Shown: positions 1 through 12,341 of the stretch, piece after piece
Layout: the number at the start of each line of letters is the position of its first letter
How positions within the stretch are numbered: position 1 is the first letter of the stretch
NCBI GenBank assembly: GCA_050575255.1
Contig: JBNZDD010013634.1
Span: forward strand, 3,259,538-3,323,537
Source of the DNA: Harriotta raleighana
Lineage: Eukaryota
Direction: 5' to 3'
DNA: 64,000 nucleotides
Notes under the pieces: generated by a model
What the model was told of the DNA's origin: nothing
The model's database searches: none
Seen by the model: the letters and a program-made list of their open reading frames with translations, nothing else
Translations under genes and position numbers: made by a program

Positions 1-3000
1 TACGTCAAATACAAATATTATTATTATTAGATCTAGAATTTTAAATGTTGGGGATCCATTGTGCAAGATACTGTACTTTCCTAAGAGACATATCAATGCC
101 TTTATGATCCTTGTCACCAGATAATTGCTGAGATACAGAACTTGGTGAAGAGTATAGAGGAAGCAGTTGAATTTGTAGCCCATAGCATAGATATCATGTT
201 GGCTTCTCAAATTGGTCATCGAAAATGTTGTGTTTCTCAAAGCTCAAAGTGCATTAAAAATTTCTGTTGAGTGTGATAAGTGCTATATTAGATGGTAATG
301 TGTACACCAAGATAATATTTTTGGGGTTTTGTGCTCTTCTGCAATAATTGCCTAAATCCATCGATATTTTAATGCTGACACATTCTGATGCACGTTTGAT
401 GCACAAAGCAAATGTTCACTCCTATAAAAAGCATCTCAATGTTACTTATAGAATGATAGATTGCTGCAAAAATGTCATTCAGCTCAGTGCATACAGTAAC
501 TGCTCTTTGCTTTCTACTGAGGGACACAAATATCATCAGAAAAGAAATCCCCAGCTAATCTGAGAAGCTGAAACTGAGAAGTAGATGCATGATGAGTTTA
601 TAACATTCGGAAGAGGCACTGACATGGATTTTAGTGCCAGCGCTGTCATGCTCTGTTGGAACTACTTGTCAAAATCTGTACTCTAAATTATTCCTGGCAT
701 CAAAAAAGCCTGAAAGAAGATGCCGGAGATTACCTACACTGATTCCATGATTTACACCATATGTCCTGTGCAACAATGGCATATTAATGCAGATAGATGT
801 GACAATTAGAGGGGGGGAAATACTAGTTGTTACAGTGGTTTGACAATTCATTGTACTTTGCTATTGAAGAGCAGTAGAAGGACTGCATCCTGATCCTTCT
901 TGGACAAGATGAACTCATGAGGTTTTTTCCCAGGGTTGTATAAAGTGCCATAATCTAGTGTTCCGGAATAGATGCTCAGATTGTGACCACAAGGGAGAAT
1001 TCTGTCATTAAGATCAGTTTCTGTGCCAATAGTGATACCTTAGTTGAGGTTTGGCAACTAAGGTGTTCTTTTAGCAATACTGCCCTGCCACTCTGCAATT
1101 ATATCCCTCTATCTTTCCTTCTGCTATCTATCTTTTAGGTTTCCCCCTTCCTCCTAGATTGAGTTTGCAGTTAGCTAAGTGAGGCACTTTTGAGATGTCC
1201 GCTATATAAACATGTTTCCTTGCCAAAACATTTGAGATGGTACCTCCTCCCTGGGGTTTAAATACTTGTATTATTATTAAAATATAGTGTGTTTGGTGCT
1301 GGATTTAAACTGTTTGAGGATGCATGTGTTAGCTTTGGAGCACAGCTTTCATTGTTAGTTATTGTTTCCTACACACCGAAGAAATGTGAAGAATTATGTT
1401 GTTATTAGAAAGCGCAGACTGAGCCATGCGCGGGGAAGAGATGTTTTCAGACTGAGAGCAACCCCAGTATAAAGGTCATCTTATCTGTGCTTCTCGGTGA
1501 GGATATAATTAATTTTAAAACATTAAGGCAGACTCATTTATTATACTCGTCGGAACCCAAGGCAGCTAACTAACTTGTCAAAAGTGCTCCATGTATGGTT
1601 GTACCTTGAAGTGCTCACTCTGGTCATGTAACTTGTATCAGTTGACCTTTCTAGTGCAGTGGGAGGCATCAGCGATGCGCATGGAGCCCTTTATGTTAAT
1701 ATTAATTAAATCTTGTTTTTAATATCTTTGTCCGCGTGGCAGGAAGACTTTAATTTTGCATTTGCAATTAGGCTTTCTGTTGCACTGGATTTACCAGGTT
1801 ATGATAGAAACTCCCAACACATTGACAGCAAATGATGGATCTGACAGGTTTATATTCTGAATTATTCTTACACTTGATTCCAGAGTCATCATTGAGGTGC
1901 ACACAACATTGTTCTTTCATCTATACAGTCTTCTTTCTCCTGTTACTTTATAAAGAGATGGACATTTACGCTCCTAATCTTGGACATAAGGACTACTTCA
2001 GTTACGATTCTCCAGTACTTGCTCAGGGTTGTAATTTGTTTGCAAGTGTTGGATGTAGGTCTTTCTTATCCTTAGTATACTGCCTAGATGGGCCCAGCAT
2101 ACCCACAAGTGTAAGAAAAATATCATGTAACTAATCTTACAAGCAAACGAGTCTATTAAAGCACCATGTCTCAATTATTACAGGAGTTTCTGCCAATTAA
2201 CCTAGTTAGGAATGTTTGTATTTCCATCTTATTATCCATAATTTGGCCACAATCGGCCACAATTTACCATTATTTTGTATCTCCTAAGGTCATTAAACTA
2301 CAATACTTGTTTAATAACAAAAGATAAGTAAATTAGAAAGGCTAATACCTTCGTAACCAAGGCCCGAATGTCCATATTGTTTCAGTCAAAGTGGATATTG
2401 GATACTGAAAAATATGACACTAGCAAATGGGCCAGTTGAGCGATCGGGATAGTGGGTGCATTTTGTCAGTCATATAGTTAAATTCATCATAGCTGATTTT
2501 GAAAGGAACACTAATTTATATTGGTGATTTAGAGTAGGCAATAGTTTAGGGAAATATTGAAAAGAGGTGTTGCAAACGGGGTTTCAATAGTGCAATGTGT
2601 TCCAATTCGATGGCAGGAGGTAAAATACAAACAGATTTACCGTTACACACTTATTTCAATAATTGAGTTAATGACTTGTGATGCTGGTATCATTGTAGTC
2701 TATCTCAAGATAATCACTGAAAGCAATGATCTTTGTTCCATCTTTACAGAGTAAAAGAAAATTCTTGTGTAAAAATGCAAACCAATGCAAATTGTTAGCT
2801 ATCAATGAAAGATGAACTTTCTCCGCAGTGTGTTTGCTCCCCTGTGCACAGGATAGCAGAACATCTTAATTCACCAAAGCAACAGGGCTCCCTTTAAAAA
2901 CTGTGTTCATGTCGTGTAATACATATACTATCATTAGCCAATGACAACAAATGATTGCAGGTTAGAAAAGGTAATGGAGTCATTTGTTGAACCCAATGAC

Positions 3001-6000
3001 TAGGTAATTTTTTAAAAATGAAGGGCATAAAAGAAATGGTCTGCTTTGACGCAGTTTAACAAAAATGTAAAGTTTTGTATGTTAAGGACAGTGATATTGG
3101 CTTTAAAATTCTTGGCTGGTAAAAGTGGATTGAAACTTGCTTCTATCTGCGTTCTGCAGGGGTTTTATTTGCAAACTCTTGGGAAGTGCCCAGTGTGTAT
3201 TTAATGGATTTATTTAATTACGGGCTAGGCCTTTCACATTCCTGTGATTCAATGTGTGCAAAGCTCAAGATTGAGAGAATCTTAACACAGTGAAGACTTG
3301 GGTGGCAAAGACCTCTAAATGAAATTAGGTGATTGACAAAGGAATCGACTGGAAATTGATGGATCCACACCTGGTAAATTTAAAAGTGCATTTAATCTAG
3401 ATCTGAAGTATTTCCAATTTGTCAGTGCTCACGTTAGAAAAGGTCAAAATTTCCAGCACTTGTTCCACGTCTTGCCTCCAAATTTACCATCATGCCCAGT
3501 TTCACAATACGGTAGTTTGTACCCCTGCAGAGTAAAGATACATCTGTAATGGCATATGTTGTGTCCTCCAGTGAATCAGCAAATGCCACAACCTGTAATT
3601 GTAAATATTAGGTCATTTACAGTGAACAAATACCATCTGGAAAGACTAGAATTTAATTTCATAACCTGTGCAAAGGAGCAGATGTGGCAACAGGCAGCAG
3701 AAATGATTTGTGTCACTTCAGTCGCTGAAGGAAGAATTGCAAAATATTGCAATGTGGACCTATTGTTCAGCATTGGGTGATCACGCCTTTCTGATGAGGC
3801 TCATTCTATCACTTCCATGGAAATTGTCTCTGGCATGTGTTAGTCTAATATTTTGAGGGAATGAAGCCTTGTGAGATAAATGTTGTTTGCCATCCTGTTG
3901 AGGAAATTCCTTATGATAGATTTCAAGGACGTACAAATGAAATCGTTTTTTTCCTTCTAAATTCGGTTCTATATGATAGTAAACAGATCAATTCTAGATC
4001 ATCAAAACCTTGAACGATTCCTGGCATTATCATTTAAACTAATCTGTCGCCTTTACCCTGATCACATCACCATCCAATCATGCGGAGTAATCCATTCCTA
4101 TTCTGCTGTCCACTGATACAGATGAGGCAGGTTATAATATAGTTTGCTTTATGAAACGCTGAATAATGAATGGATTTGTAGACAAATCAAATATTACACA
4201 TCTAAGCCACAAGATTGCTTCTCCGAGTTTCTCCACATTATCACAGGAAGTCACAGCCTGTCCTTTCCATATCTTGATCTAAGGTGATTGCATTTTACTC
4301 CACGGAATTATTACTTTGGGAGAGCTTGTGGTGTGAAGATCCTATGGTTCAGCGGTTGAAGAAATGAGTTGCAATTCCACTTGGGAGGGTAAGGATGCTA
4401 AGCAAATTGGTAAAGAACTTTACAGATTCAGCCGGCTGATACAATAATGTTGAAAACACACCAGTGTCCTGAGCGAGTTGTGAAGTAATCTGAATCTTTG
4501 ATAACTAAGTGCAGTTTTGTGTATAAAGACTTGCTGCAGAGCAACATTTTGTAAAATATTACATTCTCAAATTGATGACAGTGGAGGTTTGAAAATGTCA
4601 AGAGACAGAAAAAGCGCCCAATTGCTCAAGACATTGAAGGTCAACGCTCTGGGAATCTCTGCAGTAACCTCCCTTCTATCCATAATGTGCTGTGAATAGC
4701 TTTTTCAGAAAAAAACGCCCACTCTTTGCATAACAAGAGTAAATCAATGGAACCACACTGCACTTTCACTGAGGATGCATTATTCCAATTGTGCTTCTGC
4801 AGAAACAAGGTACATCCAGCAATACTCGAGCACAAGCCCTGAACATTTCAAATGTCATATCAACTGCAGCAACTCATCACGAGCTAGTGACTATCTGCTG
4901 GGTTAGTTCAAAATATAGCACCTTTCTCGTAACTTAGGCCTTTTTTTTTTACAGGGAAATTACAGTTAAATCAAGTTATTAGGTGAACTTGCCACCATCC
5001 TATCTTGCACACACAGAGACTTGCAAGCAAAGAGTTATAGTTTACTTTAGAAATATGACAATGTAAGAAACTAGAGTGTAAACGTGCATTGGCAGAATTG
5101 CAGTACTTCCATAATGATGAGAACTCATCATTACCATCACAGTGTAGAGTGGGGGGTGTGGTTATGGAGATTGAGAAGAATCCATTAAGCTATTTTTGAT
5201 ATGGTTACCCAGGAGAGTTGAAATTTGGGAGAAGGTATTTATAATGTAGACTATTGTACAGCCTGTATTGATTGCCAAGTGTTCAGCAAGTTCAATATAT
5301 TTTGCAGTGAATCAATCCCTAACTCTTTATGCTAGGACGAGCATTGAAGCTTAGAAGTCTGGAATCACCAACTAGCTCTTCGTTCTTGTTTTGGACATTT
5401 CTACTCTGTACCAACACAGCAATGAGTGCTTGTCTTCACTTGTCAGACCAGCTTGTCAGAATGTTAGTTTACATTCAATAAGACAATATTCTGAATGATG
5501 AAAGCAAGAATGTGACGTTCTTCTCTGTTGAATGTATATTATGTGGAAAACCATTTTGGCTACACATTCCATTTGTTTGATGATATTTTTTCTTACGGGC
5601 GAATGATCAATTATCCACAGCACTTTAATCTATTATTCAGATAAGCAGGCCATGAATTAATCAGTTTGCAGTGTGAACTGTGACCTAGATTTATGTTCCA
5701 CTGTACCCATTTACAGAGCTCCATTGCCTGGACAAATGTATATCGAACAAGCAACATAACGTTTCCTTGACAGAGTACAAATATCATTGCATCAAAGTGC
5801 AAAGCTTTTAAAGGTTTTGGAAAAAGAGTTCACCTGACCTTTTTTTTTAAATTCACAAACGGAACAATTTACCTGAACAAACCATGCAGGGATAGTTTGG
5901 AGTTGAATTAAAAATTAACAATGTTGTAGGAAAAGCAGACTACCTGTACAATCAAACTACAAATTTTGTTTGTTTCCATTGGAAAACAACTTTAGTTTGC

Positions 6001-6085
6001 TTCTCCTTGGAAATAGCACAGCTTGGCAGTAAGAGTTACTGATATAATAATAGTAGCCCTTGCATTTGATAAAGCTCCTTATCAT

Positions 6086-6373
6086 CATAATAATAATCTT
6101 TGCATTTGATATAACAGTTTTCACATCTTCCAGACATCTCAAAGCGCTTCACAGAATATACTATAAAGTGAATTGACTATATACTTTGTGGGCAAACGCA
6201 GCAGCCAATTGCACAAAGCAGTGTCTCATACACAGTTGTGGATTGAGTTACCAAATTTATTTATTTTTTTCTTGAGAGATTATTATCAGACATATAGAGT
6301 AAGAAAACTTGCCCTGACCTGCCAGTATCGCACCCAGAACTCTCGCTGGCGAGGCGAGTGCTTTAACCACTGA
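6086..6373 (-). mobile_element. tRNA-headed Deu-domain SINE (family A), near full length; an extra tail fragment lies at about 6045-6078
   Basis: Reverse strand shows ctcagtggttaaagcactcgcc head, tgctttgtgcaattggctgctgcgttt Deu-like core, L2-like 3' end and (ATT)n tail; many copies in this window. Confidence 0.85.
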
Positions 6374-6384
6374 GTGCTTTAAAA

Positions 6385-6831
6385 ACAACAACAAAATTGC
6401 ACTTGTATAGCGCCTTTTATGTCAGGAGGCCATCCCAAAGCAATGGAACTCTACAATGATTCATGTCATTGTGTCGTCTCAAATTACTTCACAGAATATA
6501 CTGCATGGTGAATTGACCGTACATTTTGTAGCCAAAACACAACAGTAACATCCCACAAACAGTCGTGGACTGAGTGAGCAATTTTATTTGGAGGATTTGT
6601 TGGCCACGATACTAAGAGAAACTCTCTTCTTTTTTCAAAGAGTGGCACTGAGTCTTTAACATCTCCCCGACAACTTCTCATCTAAAGAAGGGCACGTCTG
6701 ACAATGTAACACCCCCGAGCACTGCATTGAAATGTCAGCTTAGACAATGTGATTCCAACTCCCAAACTGGGACTTGAACCCACAATCTCCTGACGCAGAA
6801 GCGAGAGAGAGCTACCAACTGGGTCAGGCTG
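6385..6831 (-). mobile_element. Older, longer DeuSINE (SacSINE1-like, family B)
   Basis: Reverse strand: tcagcctgacccagttggtagc...gtgggttcaagtccc head with A/B boxes, long body, tgtttgtgggatgttactgt core, (TGT)n tail. Confidence 0.75.
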
Positions 6832-9733
6832 AAAGCAAATTGAAATGTAGAAGAGACCGTGCTCCCTCCAAAGTTATCAAGCTGCATGGAACAGCATTCC
6901 TAATTATGCTGCCGCTGGTATCTCTTATTATTAAAATAAACACTGAAATTGCTGAGTTTTAACCTGCTCTATTTGCAGTAGGCACCTCATCCTTTCATTG
7001 AATGAGATCTGAACAGTCAGGAATGGAATCATTCATTCCTAGCCACAGAAGATGAATGGCGTGGTTATATATTGGTATTCAAGAATTTAAATAAAATGTA
7101 TCCATCACGCTGATGATTTTAAATTTTCATTTTGTTTGTGCTGTTGTTATTAATAGATCACTATTAAACAGTCATTAGGGAATAGAGGGTTGCAAGGATG
7201 GTGAACTGTGATGCTGGTACGTACAGAGAGAGTGTGTGTTTTGCCAAATGTCAGGCAGAAGAATGACACAAAAAGTAAATAGCAGGACTGTGATTGATCT
7301 GCAGCAGTAGAAGCCTGAGTGCTGTTTGACATCCGTGCATTCAGCCCACTGTACACAGTGTCATCCATGTTTGTTCAGCAGTCTTAGAACATAAATATCA
7401 TTACCAGATCGTCAACCAAGGCAATTGCAGAATGCAGTGAGATAACAACTATTTGCAGCACTTGGGACAAAGTTGTAATTTCGTAAAGTTTCTTGCCTAA
7501 AGTGACTGCACAACAAGACTCGAAGATAATGGATGTAACTTTGCGTTACATTTAACATTTGATCAGCTCCTCTCACAAGTGGAGTGTGTTCAGATTCTAT
7601 AGGGAAATCATGTACTGCACACCACTCTCTGGATGTATTTCAATTCAGTCTCATCTCCAGCATGCCTCTACATTCTGTCTCCCTTACCTTCTCCGACCTT
7701 GGTCCATGGTCAGTGAGATCTTGTTCAGTCCTTACAGTTGGTTGATATAGTCTATCTTCACATGTACTTTCCCTCTTTTCCTGCCCCACCCTCTGCCCTT
7801 TCACCCTCTTTCCGGGTCACGTTCTGAATCAATGTGGATGTAAATTACTCCAGTTGCGGGATACCAGATGGAAGCTACTTTGCTCTGACAAAGTTCCTCT
7901 CCTCAACATTGCAGTAGCATCTAGTTTGTTTTTCTTGACGCAAGATTTGAGACTAGTGCTACACCGGTTGCAAAGGAGGGCACTGTTCAGATGCTCAGCA
8001 ATCACCTGCTCTCTTACTTTCCAGGGCTGGTGGAAAATCAGCGAGGGAGAGGAAAAGCCAGCTCACTAACTATAGTTCGAGCTATTTAAAGCTATAGAAA
8101 ATTTAATTTACAAAGTGAGTTTAAAATGATCAATGGAACACCACCATCCATTATCAAAATGCACAACTTTAAACAGCCCCACACCTGCCCCCCCAAAAAT
8201 GAACATTTGATTTTCTTAACCATTATCCTCCCAATGATGGGCTAATTTCTCAAACTCTTGGCTCAGTGCTTTGTTGGAATCTTGTTGTTGCTCGGCAACA
8301 AACCACAAATTTCCAATAGCATCTGATCAGAGCCAACCACGTCCTCTGAATATTCTCATGAATTCGTGCAGTTTCTGTAAACAGAGCAACATTAGGGTAT
8401 GGCTTTACAGGAGGAGTGAAAGCTTTTGGAAGTACTACAAGACTAGAGTGGGTGTATTTTGTCAAAAAGCCAAATGGAACAAACCTAATGAAGAACATTT
8501 CAGATGATGAAAACAGCTTTTCATTTTTTTGGTTTGGTTTTGAACAAAAATCTACTTTGGATATTGAGTGATTTGGAGGCAATTTCATTGAAGAACATCA
8601 AGTTTTCAATGTACAGATACTTCTCACTTGCACATATGGAGCTACTAAATAAATTGGAGTTTACTCACTGCAATTACATCTGCATAGTTATGTATTTGTG
8701 TTTTTCCATTTGTGCATTATTCTTATTACTATTAGTTCTGGCCAATCTACCTTCCGGTGTTTTTTTTATTTGCAGGGCTATATTATAAATATACAGGCAC
8801 TTTCTTCCAAATAAAAAGAGAAAATGGTATACACATTTCTCTTTTTTGAGTATCACAAGAGGCTTTGATGAAGAAAACCCTTTGGACCATTTGAACTATC
8901 CTTCCAAGTTACTCACCCAATTGTCTTCTACCCTGCTATCTCGCCATTGCAGCATGGAGTTATTACTTAAATAAATTTAATGTCTCCGGATTCAGATCAG
9001 TTTCCCAGGAATGCTGTTCCAGTTGTTAGTTAACCTTTGTGTAAAGAAATATATTTCTGTTGTCTGCCCTGAAATTGCCTCCAAAACCCTGAATTCTCTC
9101 GACGTGAAAGACTCTATATAAATATAATTTTGTATTGTAATGCTTTTTTTATTGAATCAGTGGTCCTCCTGCTTTAATGCATCTGAGTTACTTTCACAGC
9201 CAGTATATATCAAAATTTTAAGGTCTTTACTGAGATGCTTCTTTTTAATATTTTCAAGACCCAATTTTATCAAGTCATTCCTTATAGTTCATCCCTTTCA
9301 CACTTGATAATTAAAATGGTAATGGAAAAAACAGTTATATACTTGATGGGACTGGACTGGACTACAATGGGGAAGAGAGTCATTCAGAATTTATTTAGTG
9401 TACTCATCATCTGATAGTCTAGGCAGAGCGACTGTCTGCATGAACGACTAGCTAAAATCCATAGCGTGGGCTAACTGAGTAGAAGTATTTAATACGAAGG
9501 CTGAATCAATATATAGCTTGCCTGTAAAAACTGCAGCCAAGCGTGGATAAATTAGTGGCTTGTCAATTTTAAAAGGTTAAATTTTATTATGAACCATTGT
9601 TTAGTTCTCCTTCACTCGTTCTGTTTTATTAAAATATACACTTTGCTGCCTACAGGAAGCATGTTAGAAGTGGGCTTATTAAAGACCTGTTTAACCACTT
9701 CACTTTATACTGGAGCCAACTTCACATTGTAGC

Positions 9734-9916
9734 AAAAGCACAAATCACTGGGAACACTCAACAGGTCAGGCAGCATCTATGGAGATAGGAAACTGCGTCA
9801 TTGTTTCGGGTCCATGACCCTTCGACAGGGACTGAGTGCTGACGAAACGTTGACACACTTTCCTTTCTCTATAGATGCTGCCTGACCTGCTAAGTACTCC
9901 CAGTGGTTTGTTTTTG
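9734..9916. mobile_element. Penelope-like-element-derived foldback repeat typical of chondrichthyans
   Basis: Arms caggtcaggcagcatctat / atagatgctgcctgacctg are reverse complements; the centre has gaagggtc..gacccgaaac on the minus strand. Confidence 0.7.
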
Positions 9917-9929
9917 TTTCAGATTCAGT

Positions 9930-10075
9930 ATTTTGCATTCACTTTCAGCCTACATGCCCCTGCTCTCTGAAAATCCCACCTGGAACCAATCAAACAATCT
10001 GTCTCTCCCTCCCTACCTCCATCCCTCCCTCCCATTGTTCAAGGTCTGTCTCAAGACTTACTATCGCTTTAGGTC
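9930..10075 (+). mobile_element. Degraded L2 LINE ORF2 C-terminal fragment
   Basis: Translation PTWN...SLPLFKVCLKTY resembles the L2/CR1-clade ORF2 end (WN.LP...SL..FK..LKT). Confidence 0.5.
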
Positions 10076-10740
10076 AGGGTTTTCCTCCCCACATCAACTT
10101 TCTCCTCCCTACTTTCTTTTGCTCCCACCTGCAGCTCGGATGCCAAGATCTGGATTGCTAAATTCTTTGGGATATTTGCCCCACATCAAAGATGGTGGGG
10201 GTGGGGGTAGAGGGGGGGGTAGAGGAATGATTCATCTCATGAAAGTCACTCAATGAATATCGAGATTTACTCATTTTTTAATACAATTTTCATCAATCAA
10301 CTCATTAAATAGAAATCTGGCTATATTTTGTATCAGTTGACGTTAGTGAGGCTGCTGCAGGGTCTATGTGTTAGACTATAGTATAAGGGGTTGCGGAGAA
10401 TAAGAGTCTCTGCAAACTCAGCCCTGACATCGATCAGACCTTTACTGTAACCTCAGACGAGTGTTCTCCGATGTGAACTTTTTCCCGCCAAAGAAAAACA
10501 TTTAATTACGGGTGGTGAGTCACTTCCTGTCTGAAAGGCTTTAGGTCAAATGTATCATTTACTGTTAAGATTATAATTGCCATACTATGGAATATTGAGG
10601 ATCACAGTGTGTGAACTGAAATCTTATAAGCAGGAGTGTTTTTTTAAAATTAGATTTACTGGTGGTGTTTTGTTTAACATTCTCATTACTTGTTTTGCTT
10701 GTATCTGTGCGTTGGGTGTTTCTGTAGAGGATGATAATGC

Positions 10741-10990
10741 TTAGAATCCTTATAGCACAGAAGGAGGCCATTCGGCCTATTGTGCCTGTGCCGGCTCTTT
10801 GAAAGAGCCTTATTCCCACTCTCCTGAATTTTCCCCCCCTTGCAATTTCTTTCTTTTCAAGCATATTTTTCAATTCCCTTTTTGAAACTTATTATCGAAT
10901 GTTCTTCCACCATTCTTTCAGGCAGTTTAGTTTACTGTTAATCGTAAAAAAAAATCTCCTCATTTGCCCTCCGGTTCTTTTGCCATTCTT
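10741..10990 (-). mobile_element. CR1 LINE 3' end fragment
   Basis: gcacagaaggaggccattcggcc...gtgccggctcttt is the reverse complement of the CR1 3' end at 24040-24100. Confidence 0.8.
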
Positions 10991-11847
10991 TTTTATTCTT
11001 TTAATATCAACAAACTGCAATGTCTTGAATGTTCATGGTCTGCATTCAATTAATTTGTGTTCCAAGCCTCTGCAGCATAAGCAAATGAACAACAATCACC
11101 ACTTTAAAACACCAGTGCGGCCCAGTTTTATTGAGTTGTCGCATGGGTCTGCACTCGATTGCAGACAAGGTGTACTGAGGATGACATTTCCTCTAACGCG
11201 TAAAGCCTAGTATCACTATTATATGGTTCATGCTGTATTTTGCAGATTCCGTAATAACTCTTGAGCTCAGTTATCTCTTGTTTCCCAATTTCTGCCTCCG
11301 GTAAGTATTTCAATCATCTTTATGTATTATAAAACATAAATGAATACGTAGGGATATGTTTCAAGGCGGTAGCATATCTCGTGGGTTTCAGATGATATTG
11401 ATAAACTGCTCATGTTTTATGACCTTATCTGAACTCTTAGATATGCTCCCACAGTATAATATGTTCAGCATATGCTATTTCCCTGTAACCCACTGTGAAA
11501 TGAAGTTTAGTGTCTCGGCAATATGAATCTGTGGCACAATCTCGCTCACTGGTTTGAATGTCATGATTGAAATGCAGGGCCTCATTGCCCGTTTCAAAAG
11601 AAAAGACCATCTCCACTGCAGTTTCTATTAAGAACTGTAAGAAATTACTTTCTTTAAATATATTTGCGGGGGGTGGCGGTGGGGTTGGGGGGCAAGAACA
11701 GGCAGAAACCAGGTGTTTTCAAAAGCAATAAAATATCAAGGAGCACAGAAAATGTAAATGATTGCCTCAAGGGCCAATCGCCCGGCGTCTCGCTTTACTT
11801 GATGTTTCTACATTTGTGGTACACTCCAGCATTGTGCTGATGCATGT

Positions 11848-12178
11848 GTAATAATAATAATCCTTGCATGTGGTCTAGAGCCTTATCATGTTGTTGAGAT
11901 GTCTCAATGCGCTTCACAGAATATATTGCAAAATCGATTATATTTTGCAGGCCAAATGTGGGATGGGGAGGATTGAACGCTTATTTTGTGTGCAACAACA
12001 ACAAAATTACATTTGTATAGCGCCTTTTACGTCCCAAGGCACTACAGGTTTAGTATTCTCACTGCAGGAGAAAATGGTCATTGGCCAACATTCGGTTTTC
12101 TTATGGTGGGAGAACTCGCAGGTCTCCTCCCCATCCCAAATGCCAATTGCGCACAACAGTGTATTGGGTGACCAATTG
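11848..12178 (-). mobile_element. Family A SINE 3' half interrupted by a templated insertion (about 11960-12141)
   Basis: Tail and gcgcttcacagaatata at 11848-11955; SINE sequence resumes with gccaattgcgcacaacagtgt at 12142. Confidence 0.7.
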
Positions 12179-12341
12179 AGTCAACATTAATTTGGTACTA
12201 ATGCAACCACTTATAAAACTCAGCAGATAAATTGCTTCAACTCATGCTATTTAATCTCACTCTGTCTAAGTACCGACTTTTCAAATTCCTCTTTACAAGT
12301 ACAGTACTAATCTGCCTCGACCGGTATCTATACCATCTGAA

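Noticed and set aside
10194-10224. G-rich runs as functional G-quadruplexes (also near 11668, 30393, 38907)
   Set aside because: Short G runs are common throughout the window with no positional association to exons.
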